DNA of 62,383 bases, filler included, from Globobulimina sp. (GCA_003354225.1; 23 parts of 23 records of this genome joined end to end with filler, not necessarily neighbours in it); one strand, 5' to 3'. Positions 11,469 through 24,364 are shown, counted from the whole stretch's first letter. Notes: a model not told the origin generated them from the sequence alone. Translations and numbers: made by a program.

Positions 11469-13361
11469 CTACAGTGTACAGATTGGTTGTTGAGCCAAAG
11501 GATTTTGAACATTAAAATTTCTTTCAAGATTATTGAGTGCCGCTGATATTGAACTTTCCATCCATCCATATGTCGATGAAAAATCACTTATTGCCATAAA
11601 TATATCTTCATTTGGAATTGGATTATATGATCCATCGATGATTGAATCCGCATTGCTTGCTACTTTGAATCGTGTGGTCCCAGACACCGCCATATCGCGT
11701 CCCATAATATTAATAAATGCTGCTAATGGCATTGGAATAACTTTTTGTGTTAATTGTTGCATTTGTTTTACCACCTCTTCAACCACAACGATTGAGGCGC
11801 GCGCATTGCTTATGCTGTCATTATAATATTCATCACTTATTTTTAATGAATCATGAATTGGATATTTATCACCAATTAGTTGTGCACCATACCAAAATGC
11901 ATTATTATTCCCATGTGAAGATGCATATAAATGAATGGCTGTTAATGTCCCGTTTGTCCATGCATTTTCAACAAAAAATTCACGTATTTCTAGATCGCTG
12001 TTTGAAGGCATTAAAGCTTGTAAATTCTCCTCAATCCAAAATGAAGAATCATAAATTAAATTAATTTTGAAGTAATCTCCCCATACAAATGAATCCAACA
12101 TGTTTCTAAATTTTACGGTATCTAACACTGGCGAATAAGGTAATAATTTTAATAATTTACCGGGCGGAATGCTCAATATAATTTTGTTTGATGTGTAATA
12201 ATTTTGGCCAAGATTACTTTGAATTAAATATTTATAATATTTATTCTCAAAATGACTTCGAATCGAACTGATTTTATTATTAAATACAACATCAATATTT
12301 TCATTATTAGCTAACCAATCATACAATGCAGCACTCATTGAAACATAGCCGTTTTTTAATGTCCATTGATTTGTTTTGTTTGTATAGTTTGCTGTATATT
12401 GTAATTTATTAAACATTTCCCATAATAACATTGCTAAATTTCGTGAATGAAAGTTGTTTGTCTGTTCTTGCAGAGATCTGTATAAATAACTGTTTATTTC
12501 ACGTGAATAATTGCCAATTATCCTTAATGCAATACGTTCGCCATAATTATATAAATATTCACCTGCTAAAGTATAATTATTACGAAATAAATACCAATCA
12601 GATTCGGTTACAGGTTCATTTTCATTTAATATTGAATTTTCTAAAATAATTCTGTCATATAATTTTCTCCAGATTGTGTTTGCATTACCATCTAAATATG
12701 ATATTTCATCATTATTTACATGGAAAATTGAAGAGAAATAATTTATTGTTTCATTGTGATTGCTAAATAATTCATTTCCAGTGATTCTATGATTTCTATA
12801 CTGATATATTTGTCGCGATGGCATACTAACATTTGCACCAAATGAGAGTGGCATAATATCATCACATAAATTTAAATAAGATAATAATTTTAGAGTCAGT
12901 GTATTGTAGGAAGCAAATCTCATGGCACCGTTTTCGAAATGTATTCTGTTGAGAATATTATCGTTTTCATCGACTTTATGTATGACTGAGGTCCATTGTC
13001 TCCCACCAAATCTTGACAACTCCTCTAAAACAATTATTTTTAAATCAGGATACTGTTTCGCTAAAAAATATGCTCCGGCTAAACCCGTCGATCCTGCCCC
13101 AATAATTGCGACATCATACTGGCCAATAATATTAATTGCGTCATCATTCTGATTATTATCATTAACAACCAAATAGGTCACCAATGATGAAATAAATGCG
13201 GTGATAACAATACTAAAAATAAATCCAATCACTATCCGATTGATATTGCATCTGCATTCTTCAGTTACAGATGAATTTCTATGTAGTAATGATTGGGTTA
13301 CAAGCTTTGCATCATTAGGTAATTTAGGTTGTTTTCTGTTTGTCAGTTGCATATCTGCCAT
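11469..13361 (-). CDS. Type II membrane flavin-dependent amine / L-amino-acid oxidase
   Basis: YDVAIIGAGSTGL (GxGxxG), VLEELSRFGGR, FENGAMRF and C-terminal GWMESSI; N-terminal TM IVIGFIFSIVITAFISSLVTYLV. Confidence 0.9.
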   Translation of the reverse strand: MADMQLTNRKQPKLPNDAKLVTQSLLHRNSSVTEECRCNINRIVIGFIFSIVITAFISSLVTYLVVNDNNQNDDAINIIGQYDVAIIGAGSTGLAGAYFLAKQYPDLKIIVLEELSRFGGRQWTSVIHKVDENDNILNRIHFENGAMRFASYNTLTLKLLSYLNLCDDIMPLSFGANVSMPSRQIYQYRNHRITGNELFSNHNETINYFSSIFHVNNDEISYLDGNANTIWRKLYDRIILENSILNENEPVTESDWYLFRNNYTLAGEYLYNYGERIALRIIGNYSREINSYLYRSLQEQTNNFHSRNLAMLLWEMFNKLQYTANYTNKTNQWTLKNGYVSMSAALYDWLANNENIDVVFNNKISSIRSHFENKYYKYLIQSNLGQNYYTSNKIILSIPPGKLLKLLPYSPVLDTVKFRNMLDSFVWGDYFKINLIYDSSFWIEENLQALMPSNSDLEIREFFVENAWTNGTLTAIHLYASSHGNNNAFWYGAQLIGDKYPIHDSLKISDEYYNDSISNARASIVVVEEVVKQMQQLTQKVIPMPLAAFINIMGRDMAVSGTTRFKVASNADSIIDGSYNPIPNEDIFMAISDFSSTYGWMESSISAALNNLERNFNVQNPLAQQPICTL

Positions 13362-13592
13362 ATCGAAATATTAATCAACAAGTGATTATTAGCAAAGTTT
13401 TTGTATCGGAAAAAACAATATCAGTAATATCACGAACCATCCCTTTCAGGCGCAACTGGTTCGCGTGTTGCCTTTTACATAATACAACAACANNNNNNNN
13501 NNNNNNNNNNNNNNNNNNNNNNNNNNNNNNNNNNNNTTAATTAATTAANNNNNNNNNNNNNNNNNNNNNNNNNNNNNNNNNNNNNNNNNNNN

Positions 13593-16210
13593 GAAGACTG
13601 TTTTTCCTGGTAAGTTAATTCCTGTGCGACCTATTTAACTGTGGAATGCAGTGCAAGTGATGGTTGCAACAAACATGAAATGCAGTGTTCAACGGATATT
13701 GATTGCTGCCAAACATCATCAAACCATTTATTATGCGAACCATACTCTGGAACATGTGTCGATATTGTTTAGTTGATTATTTTTATTTTTTATATACATA
13801 CAAATATTTTATGATATACGTAATGCCAATATAACATAGAGAGAAATTACAAAAGCAGATGGTTACAGTCCTTGTTATTCTCAATCCGAATGCGAATCAG
13901 GTTTTTGTTTAGACCCAGGTTCATACGGAACGTGCACTGCATCGACGTCTATATCAGATTTTTGTTTTCATTCTTATCATAATTGCTTCGATGACAAGCA
14001 ATGTTGTGATGGATTTTTTTGTGAATATGGATATTGTCAACAAGATTGGTATAGCGGTGCAGCACCAATTTTTACTGAATTAGATGAGCGCAGAATGGAT
14101 GGTCCAGATCAAGTGTTTGTAGTTTATGGAGAAAATTTGAGATCACAAATGCTTTTTAAATTATCGTCAAATGGCATTTGCTCCGATGACCGATCGCCAG
14201 TTTCGAATACTCCAACCATTTGGCATTACAGTGATAGAGGAGAATTACGAGACGGTTACATTCAATTTGCCATTCGTGGTCTTTATACCACACGAAATTT
14301 AGGAACATTACTTCTATGCTATGCTGTAAATGATTACGCAACCTATCAATCCACGGGATTGAGTATAACGGTGCCACGGCTTATAAACAATGCGGAATCA
14401 AATGGTTTACTTTCAGCTCAAGTGAATTGGATTAAAGGATCGAATGTTTTTGTGGAGAATTCCGCAAATAGTTCTACTCCGAGTTATATTGAATATGAGT
14501 TGGTATTAAGTGGCGAACTAACTGGGGATGAATACTTTGAACTCGATTTGTTAAGTAATGATTATGATAATTTGTATCCACAAACGTCTTGGTTCTATCA
14601 TCAAGAAAAATACATTTCGGAAGCAATTAGTTTTGTTTTTGATGAAGATATGTCCAATGCATTGGTTACGCATAAAGGATATCGAGATTCTACAAACTCG
14701 CATATTCCTATAAATGTCAAAGTGTATTGGAATAACGATGGTTATCCGGAGATAATGGATCGAAAATTCTATGTAATTCATTCCATAAATCATGGATACA
14801 ACCAAGCGTTTGGTTATATAGATTCATTTAAATTGGCAGATATAGAATTTGTATTAATTGACGACGATCCAACCATACAATCAAATTCATTGCGATTTGA
14901 AGGCGAATCAACCAGTCAAGGCACAAATCATTTGATTGGAAGTCAATCCGGCGATGAAACATTAGTGTTTACCTGCTATGGATGTGGAACTGCTGAAACA
15001 GCGGATTTGTATGTTTTAATTGCTATCTTTATATACTGAATTGATATACGTTTGCTATATACAGAATTAACATTGGTTACGGTCCATCAGCAAACAAAGA
15101 TTTCTATTCTGGCAATGATATCTATGTCACAAATACAATTGATATTAGTTTGAACGAAATAACTGCATCGTATATTTCCTTTGCGACCTCATATGTTCCG
15201 TATTTCGATGCTCCTTCAACAGATTTACGGTTTAAAATTTCAGTGTCGTCGAGATTTAATCACTCATTAATTAAAATTATTGAACCAGATTTTAATTTTT
15301 CTTATCCGACAGATATTGATACCACCATACCGGTTATAACAAAGATTTCAGGGCAAGGATGCATGAACATTGGTAAGCGAGCTCTAAACTGTCCAACCGA
15401 TGGCAAATTCGAATATGATGGGAGCGCAGCGCGAATCACTTTGTTTGGTACACAATTTCCAGATACAAAAGAAAATACAACTGTTGAGGTGACCATTGAT
15501 GGCATGTCCTGCAGCAATGTATTATTTTCAATCGAGGTAAATAATGATGGATTACGGAATGTAAGTTGTGAATTTGGGTCTGGTGTTTCTGCGCATGGTA
15601 CCGATGGATATTCATATGTCCAGTTATCGTATTTCACGAAGGATCTGAATAAATTCTCTGAGCCAGTCCGGTATTTTAATTATTCTCATCCAGAGATTAC
15701 TCAAATCGTCGGATGTAATCAAAATATATCAAACCTACACGCTGCTAATTGTTCGCGTACTGGTGGTGGAGTGAATAAATTAAGAATCTTTGGAACGAAT
15801 TTTGGTAAATCCGGTGCTCGAGTATTTATTGGTGGTCACACAGCAATTGAAACATTGCATGATGCCGATGAGTGTATGTTGTACCTATATATTAATTATA
15901 ATTATATAATAATAATTGAACAACAAATACTATGTCAGTACATACGTTGTTATATGTATCGTATGGTCCAGGTACACGATTAGATGAAACAATAATGATA
16001 ATGAATAGTAGAGGAGGCACAACCACAACACAAGCGTATATCTCATATAATCAATGCCCTGTTGGGTATCGACAGCAAAGCAACCCAGAAGATGCACAAA
16101 ATAATGACGGATACAAATGTCAAATGTGTTTGCAAGGTACTTACTCCAATACAGAAAATGCAGACACATGCTTTGAATGTGAAGCAGGTAAATACCAACC
16201 AAATAATGGT
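13593..16210 (+). CDS. Large Cys-rich extracellular protein with knottin-like Cys clusters, IPT/TIG domains and ephrin-receptor-like (GCC2/3) repeats; partial, multi-exon
   Basis: Frame-restoring introns 15009-15064 and 15874-15938, plus one near 13767-13840; PVITKISG, ITLFGTQF, LRIFGTNFG; CPVGY...CQMCLQGTYS...CFECEAGKYQ. Confidence 0.75.
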
Positions 16211-16599
16211 NNNNNNNNNNNNNNNNNNNNNNNNNNNNNNNNNNNNNNNNNNNNTTAATTAATTAANNNNNNNNNNNNNNNNNNNNNNNNNNNNNNNNNN
16301 NNNNNNNNNNGAGCTAACTCGGGCATATTTTTGCGTGCAAAAAAAACACACATTCCCTTAGGAAAAATCGTACAAATATGATCATATTGGCCTGACAGAC
16401 CCTCTCCTATAGTCATACATGTATGATTTTTAATTATTTTTCATAGTCATACATAATTCATTATCTCGGACGAGATCCCCTTTATTTCATAAATCATATA
16501 TGAATATATGACTCTGCGTCTTATAGGAGTTAACCCTGTACACCATCACAGCGGGATTAAGATCGGGAAATACCAATTCGAATACTAACATTAAACGAG

Positions 16600-18821
16600 G
16601 TGTTAGTTTTAAATCTGTGTCGACGGTATTATAGGAGGAGAGGAGGAGAACTAAGTTTTTTATATTATTATGTATCATATCTCAATTTTTGTGCTCTCTC
16701 TGTATTATATTTTATTTTGTTGTGCAATTTGCGGTATTTTCTTTATTATTATTTCTTTATAATTAGTTATAACCTTTTATTCATAATTAATACGAATTAC
16801 ATTGCTGGTCACCTGTACCATAAAACAGCGGCTATTTTAGCAACAAACCACAACATTAAGCGAACCACAAATTACTACCCTAAAATAAGTAGTCAGACGT
16901 TACTCGAAATTGCCTCGGCAAAAGAGAACGCCATAAAAAATGATAAAAAATGTATATTCATTCGACTTACGAAATTAAATATCAACACAAAAAAAGAATA
17001 CATAACAAATCAATTATTTTATGATTATGAGTTATTACAGCTGAGAAACATGACATTTTGTTTGAAAATGTCATGCAAATCAGCTGCATTTATTTCAAAC
17101 ACGTTCAACCACACAGATAACGTTGAGATAACCACAGACAGTCAGATCAGCACACAAAGCCCCGTAAACGCACAATGACAGACCCTAATATCTATAACAC
17201 GGGCTTCATGCTCAGCACGGTCCACGCAAAACACACAAATAAACTCTATAAATACATTGAAAAGCACCAACATTCGATCCGTAACTATTTCAAACATGTA
17301 CAGATTATTATGCACAAATCGCTGCGATGGATTACGCTAAGGATGCCAGTTCATCGCCTTAACCCAATAAAATACCACATTCTACACAATTTCCCGACAA
17401 TGATACCCATCCGATTTAAAACCATCCCCTACAAAGACACTACGGTGGAGCAATTCGACACGGTCCAGTTGCACGCTTATAACAAAGACCCGGCCATAAT
17501 CAATGACATCCACTCCTTCCTAAAGAAACATGATTACGCTGAATCTGAACCAATCATCCAGCAATCCAGCAAACACAGTAAATACCACATCCGTTGGGAC
17601 GTTCCAGAGTCCAAGGACCATAAACAAATAATATCACATTGGAATGCGAACCAGCGGTTCAACTGTGTGAATTTCCACCGCATAAACAGATCGCGACACA
17701 TAAACAACATGAAAAATAATGCAATACTTGCCCTAAACCAGATGTTTAAATATGCCGTCTCCCATCATCGCACCGACCATACCAACCTAAAAAAGTACAA
17801 AAAATACCTAATCCACAAAGTAATGCAAAACCATTTAAACAACAAAGATTTCACAGATAACGACCTCCCTCACATCATACAGAAATTCCCTTTCCTGCAG
17901 CTATATGCCCCGAAGATTGAGCCCATCACTGCCACGAAAATAACTGTAAAAAATCTGACCATTGGTTTCCTAAATATCAACGGCTCAGCAAAATACCGCG
18001 TCCAACACACCCACCCGTACATGCAGCAACTAATCACATACCATAAACTAGATATAATCTGCCTCATTGACACACGGCGCACGGCGCGACCGAATTGGCC
18101 CCTAACAGGTTACACGATGATTGCCCACAAAGCTCCAATGCAGACCGACAACTACGGCAAAATCGGTGGCATCATGATCTATAAAAAGCGACACCTGAAA
18201 AACAAAGTACATTACATGCAAAAAACCAGAGGGCATAACACAATCTGGCTCTCCATCGAGTTTGAGCAGCAATCAAAACCAACATATTTATCCATAAATT
18301 ATGCCCGGCCATATAAAGCTGACAAATCAAAGAGAAGCCAACAATTCTACGAGCTACTCACAAATGACATTAATAAATACAAACCGGCTTGTTCCAATAT
18401 GTTTGTCATTGGAGATTTCAACGCCAGACTTGGGAGAGAAGTCACTGACCACGCTGTCAATGCCCATTACCATCACATGAAGGCTCTATTAATGCACACA
18501 GATCTCCGCATAGCCAACCCAATATTTGCGCCATATTTCCTCACCAGCCTCTCCAAAGATACTGCCCATACCGGTGGCTCGATCATAGACTTTGTAATGA
18601 CAGATAAAATAGCAGACATTGAAAAGATCAAAGTGGACACGCACCCAATTTTCACTGACCACAGACCGGTCATTTTCGCCCTCAAACAGTCAAACTGCAA
18701 GGTCTCATATGCTGATCAGCACTTTGTATTGCGAGCGTATGCACCCAGTAAAAAACTGATACCAATTCATCGTCAAATCATTGAAAACAGATTACCGCAT
18801 ATTAGAAAATTCGCAACATAG
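16600..18821 (+). mobile_element. 5' part of a non-LTR retrotransposon: upstream ORF (to 17178) and ORF 17175-18821 with an APE endonuclease; no RT within the contig
   Basis: IGFLNING, LDIICLIDTR, GGIMIY, SINYARP, VIGDFNARLG, SIIDFV and TDHRPV are the L1-type endonuclease motif series. Confidence 0.85.
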
Positions 18822-19484
18822 GATTTTGATCATAAAAAAAGCTATGATCCCATATTCTGTACGTATAAATTTGATATTTTCCCACGAGTCAAAAATTGTT
18901 ACAAAGTGACATGTTATATAGGACTTCGNNNNNNNNNNNNNNNNNNNNNNNNNNNNNNNNNNNNNNNNNNNNTTAATTAATTAANNNNNNNNNNNNNNNN
19001 NNNNNNNNNNNNNNNNNNNNNNNNNNNNGATTCTCTCTTGTTACATAATTTATATATATATTTTTAATGATCTGAGCAATTGATTGGTGGGCTAAGTTTG
19101 TTCTTGCCCCGTAATTCTTGTTGTTATTGGTGTTGGCGAAGACCAGAAGTGGATTAAGTAAGCAAATAAGCAATTTGTGGCTTGACGAAAGCTGGTTAAC
19201 TGCTCTTGGCTGAGGTCTAGATTTAAAGGTTTTTCTTTGTTACATCAACTTCCCGTTTTACACACAGCATCTATTACTATTAAACACCTATCGCTCAATT
19301 TGTTTAGTGATAAATATACAATGATGACTGATCGCTTGAAGTTAAGTATTGTTACATTCCAGAAATTTCAAAAACAACAATCATTGATGAATCAATTAAT
19401 ATTTTTTCAAGTGGTTCATTTTTATGAAATTAATATACAACTTATAAATATATTATATACAGTCAATTTCCACTTTTACAAGCT

Positions 19485-20790
19485 ATGCAAGGCACACAAA
19501 TGGAGAAAAGTTATTCATTGGTATCCAATTCATCCCCACACTCACAAAAAAGCAACTATCCTAATCGAGATCCGTCATTTTTATTTTCTTCATCAAATAA
19601 AAAAGCAGGAGTAGAATTAGAGGTAAATATTAATCCATTGTTTAGCATTGAAGTATATACTGCAACAAAAGCATCATTACGGGAACATGTATTCATATCA
19701 AAAGATGTCACAAAACGTTTATCAGAATATATTGTCAATGAAGATTGGGACAATAAGAATGAGTATGGCTCATTGTATAAATATTTAGATTATATATTCA
19801 GATGTCAATTATTCAAAAAACAAGTTATTCAGATTGATAATACATATTTAATGTTTCATACTGGATTACAACGAAGAACTGACTCTGAATTTATATATGC
19901 TCTTCTTATTCCAAATAAAAAATATGTTCAACAGAAATGGAGAGTGGGTTTTGGAAATATTAAACATTCATTCTTATCAAAAAAAGAAATATTATATAAA
20001 TTAAGATATTTATTATATTCGAATGTCGGTCCTCGTAAATATAAAAAACCACATTGTTTATTAGCTCAAATATTACCAAAAAGAACTAAATTCCATCAAT
20101 CATTAAATGATTTTTTATTTGATGATTCATTTCAAATTGAAGGTATATTATATATAATATACTGCAACTTTAATAGCTTAATTTATAATTTTGTATATTT
20201 CTTAATTTTAATATGTCAACTTTTCTATTTTATTAATCTATGTACACACTACACACCACACAGTTAATTGGGAAGAACGAATAATTACAAATAAAGATAG
20301 AATTTGTAAAGTATTAGGAGTTGAAGTTGAACAATTTGCACAAAAATGGAAAATAAGACAATTGATGAATGTGTTTGACAGAGCATTAGAAAAAACAAAA
20401 AAAACATTAGCATTAAATCCGCGGTTAGCTGTGGGCCAAGGCTTCGTTGACACGAAACATTGTACATATCGAATGGAATTGTTGTTGCCATTAAATATTG
20501 AATATCCTAAATTTAGTAATCAACTGTTTACATTTGCTTTGGCAATCGGTAAATCTACAGATCAGACACAAACATATACTGCAAAATCAATTTTAACCAC
20601 AAATATGGCTTATAATAATGCACGATTAGTTTCATATGTTGACAGTTCATGGTTATCACCGCCACCACCAACAACAACAAATATTATTAATAAAAAATCT
20701 CAACAACAACAAATACCACATATTGCATCTTCCTATGCATATGATTCACATTCACATTATTCTGCAAATAATGATTATATTTTATGTTAA
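19485..20790 (+). CDS. DUF3825 domain protein, two exons (intron 20143-20263)
   Basis: EDW...LYKYLDYIF, FHTGL...IYAL, spliced EVNWEERIITNKDRI, NPRLAV, MELLLPL and SILTTNMAYNNARLVSYVDSSWL; the GT-AG intron restores the frame. Confidence 0.8.
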
Positions 20791-20861
20791 ATAACCAAGT
20801 TAAAACTCATTGACTCATTCTTACAAATTAATTATTAATAAGACATCAAATGAAATATTCA

Positions 20862-20938
20862 TTTTTTCAGCGTCAGAGAATTTTTAAACCGTGTTTTCAT
20901 TTCGCAAGTATTAAAAAATTCTTCTGACGCTGTAAAAA
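20862..20938. repeat. Imperfect inverted repeat / hairpin (arms of about 27 bp, 22-nt loop)
   Basis: tttttcagcgtcagagaatttttaa pairs with ttaaaaaattcttctgacgctgtaaaaa. Confidence 0.8.
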
Positions 20939-21207
20939 CAAACATTATCTGTCTAAAGCATCCCCATTTTTGGTTATATTATTATGTTTGGTGCATGTTT
21001 AAATATTTCGTTCTTGTTTGATGAGTTTTTTGTTGTTTCCTTTTCTCTTATATCTGAAGTGTGTTTCCATGTGGAAAGCCATTGATTACCACTGTTCCTT
21101 TTCTTATGTGTTGGTCGAGTATTTGAAATCTTTCCTTTTTGCCACAGTTTTCATTTACTTTGACCACCGAAAAACACAGTGTACTCATGTCTTTCTGTGA
21201 CTGTTGA

Positions 21208-21646
21208 CATGCTTCAAAACAAAAATAATTTGCGTTCACGTGATACTAATATCACACCTCATTATTATAATAATTTAAATTCAGCTTCTTTTGAAGAACA
21301 CAATGATAAAAAATACAAAGCCAACTGCAAGAAAATTTGTAATCTATGCACAAAAAATTTGTGGCCCATTAGTATTCTCACGACATTTATTCTAATAATT
21401 ATTATATTCTCTCAATTATTGTCATCAACTAACGATGCGAGTAACAAAACTCTGAAAACAAATAAATCCGTTGGACTCCGTGCAGTGGCGGATTGGGTGT
21501 CAGCATTTGAACCATTAATACCATCCATAAAGCAACCAATGGATTGTGCCTTGACAACTGATTGTTCCTCATATAATGGTTGTACTTCTGTTCAATATTC
21601 AAGCACAGCCACTATAGAATGGCAATCAATGAAATATGTTGAAAAC
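21208..21646 (+). CDS. Type II membrane protein N-terminus, 3'-partial
   Basis: Single TM LWPISILTTFILIIIIFSQLL followed by a Cys-containing luminal region; open to the contig end. Confidence 0.5.
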
Positions 21647-21746
21647 NNNNNNNNNNNNNNNNNNNNNNNNNNNNNNNNNNNNNNNNNNNNTTAATTAATT
21701 AANNNNNNNNNNNNNNNNNNNNNNNNNNNNNNNNNNNNNNNNNNNN

Positions 21747-24364
21747 CAATCCATCGATGCATATGCCACCATTAGCGCATGATGGCATGCCAGGCCAGGA
21801 TGAAATGCATGGCGGATGCGGTCCAATGTGTAAACAACAGTTACAGATGCACGGAGGAATGGGTATGCAGGGTATGCACGGAGGAATGAATCCAATGATG
21901 GGAGGAATGGGTGGTATGAATGGAGGCATGATGGGCGGTCAACATCCAATGAATGGAGGAATGAATGGAGGAATGATGGGCGGTCAACATCCAATGGGTG
22001 GCATGAATGGCATGAATGGCATGAATGCCATGAATGGAATGGGAGGTCAATATGGAATGAATGGAATGCAAACACAGATTGGTTTTAATGGTAAAAATTC
22101 AATGTTACCGGCAAACGGGAAAATAACCAAATGCCAACCATTGGCACATATGAAATTATGTACAACTTTTGATAAGATGAAGAATAAGATGTTAATTAAT
22201 GTTAAAGTGGGCAAAACAAAAAGGAAAAAGAAATCTAAATCAGATTTAAAAAAGAGCGATCGATACAAATTAAAAAAGAAATCATCTTCAGATTTATTTC
22301 CTATTTACAAGAATCCATTTAAAAAAAAAAGCAGAGGACCAACAAAAAGAAGCAAAACAAAGAGACTGAGCAGCAAAAAAGCAAAAGGTGGTAAAGAGGC
22401 TAAAGCAGCCCAACAATACTTTGATGAATTGTATTATAGTTATAATTATGCCGGTGATCGAGAAGAAGAAATGAATGAAAATGGCAATGAAAATTCAGAC
22501 TTTTACATGGATTTCAAAATAATGGAGAGTGAAAATGATATTGCTGACGATTTTGATGAATTATTTGATGATTTTGACGATTATCAGCAAAATTATTATG
22601 AGAGTGACACTCAAAATGCAATGGAAGATTATCAAAATTATTATCAAGATGAAGATTACGAATATTATGAGGATTATGATTATGAAGATGTGGATTATGA
22701 ATATGAACAAGTTGATCATGAAGATGACCAATATTATTATTATGAATATGATGATGATGAATACACATATGATGATGATGAGGATGAGTATGAATATGAC
22801 GATGAGTCAGATGACATATACGATGAAGCAGATGATATATATGATGATTATGGATATTATGATTATGAAGATGAAGATAAATATATTGATGCGTACGATA
22901 TCGATGACCAAATAGATTTTGAATTTGATGATGAAGCATTTGATAATAAATATTTTTCGGATTTATTGGGTGAATTAGATGTCTCTGAAACAGATAATAA
23001 AGCCATGGAAGATTATCAGGATGAACTGGATCAAAATCAAGCAGAATCTGACGATGACGATGAGGATGCGGATGATTTTGAATATTCAGATGATGAATTA
23101 AATGAATTTGAACAATATTTAGATTATGCAGAATATTTAGATGATTCATACAATACAAAACAAGATTCATTACAACAATTATCATATTTTAATGACGAAT
23201 TTTATGATAAATTGGAAAATATGGATGATAATTATATGAGTAATAACTATGACTCCTTAATGGATGCCTCAGAATTCGAAGCAAATGCATTAAATTGGCG
23301 CAATTTTGATGATTTTGACTCATGGATTAAAACTTTCCAAACAGCTGATCATAAATTAAGCGATAAAATATTATCACAAGACATCTCATCAAAAGACAAC
23401 GCATTATTTTTAGACTACGGTTCATTCATAGACTATAACGATATATATGATTTTGATTGGAATGATGACAATCATTGGACATCCATTTACAATAAAAACA
23501 AGGATAAAACTACAGTAAACTCAATGGGTGTACGTGATGGTAAAAAATGTACTGAAATCATTCCATTTCTGCAAAGTAAATTGTGTCTAAATATGAATGA
23601 TGTCAAACTAAACTTACATCTTATTTCTGCTTCAAAACAAGCACTCACTGATATGCAGAATGCCAATTACATCAATCAATGGGATACATATATAACATCC
23701 AACGACAACGATAATCAACCAACCAAACAAAAGCGACGCAGATTAACTGATAACAACGACGATAATTACCATTATACACAATATTATGACTATGATTTTA
23801 TAGATGACAGCGAAGAGGACGAAGAGGATGAATATGCGGCAACTTTAATAGACCAACAAACGCAACAAATGCACATTGCAAACTATTATTCTTCACTCAA
23901 CGCATTTGATTACAACGTACCGCTTGGTTTTTATGACGACGCCGGCAATTTTTATAACCGCAACTCACTCCGACAATTATTAAATTTCCACTTTCAAAAC
24001 GGTTTGGACCTAAACGATGATGACGACTGGGATGAAGTGAGTATCACACACCACACAAATGACGCAAAACCGCCCACAGATAAACTCTCCGCCGCTGCTA
24101 TGGCCGGCGACAACTATTACAATGCATTATATTTGGCAGAAGACGGCTTTTCCGGCAAAGGAAAGTATTATAAAAAACAGGCCACATTGTCTGAAAGTGC
24201 GCAGACTGGCATCGAGGACGAATCCTTTTTATCCTCCATCCGCCAGATGGTGAAGGGTATGAAAGCCGGGACCTTAGCCTTTGAGACCTCTATGCAACGC
24301 GGCATGCCGGTACAGCTGCCGAATGTATTCGAGAAAATCAAGAAATGCGTGTCTGCCGACCCGT
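21747..24364 (+). CDS. Modular low-complexity protein (Gly/Met-rich, Lys/Ser-rich, very Asp/Glu/Tyr-rich), partial at both ends
   Basis: Uninterrupted frame of about 870 aa spanning the whole contig. Confidence 0.85.

Noticed and set aside
16380-16650. Self-cleaving ribozyme at the 5' end of the LINE
   Set aside because: CTGACAGA does not fit the hammerhead CUGANGA core and I could not build an HDV-like fold by eye; an Infernal search would be needed
22514-23185. His/Ile-rich antisense ORF and Met/Ile-rich alternative-frame ORF
   Set aside because: Shadows of the GAT/TAT/GAA-rich acidic gene
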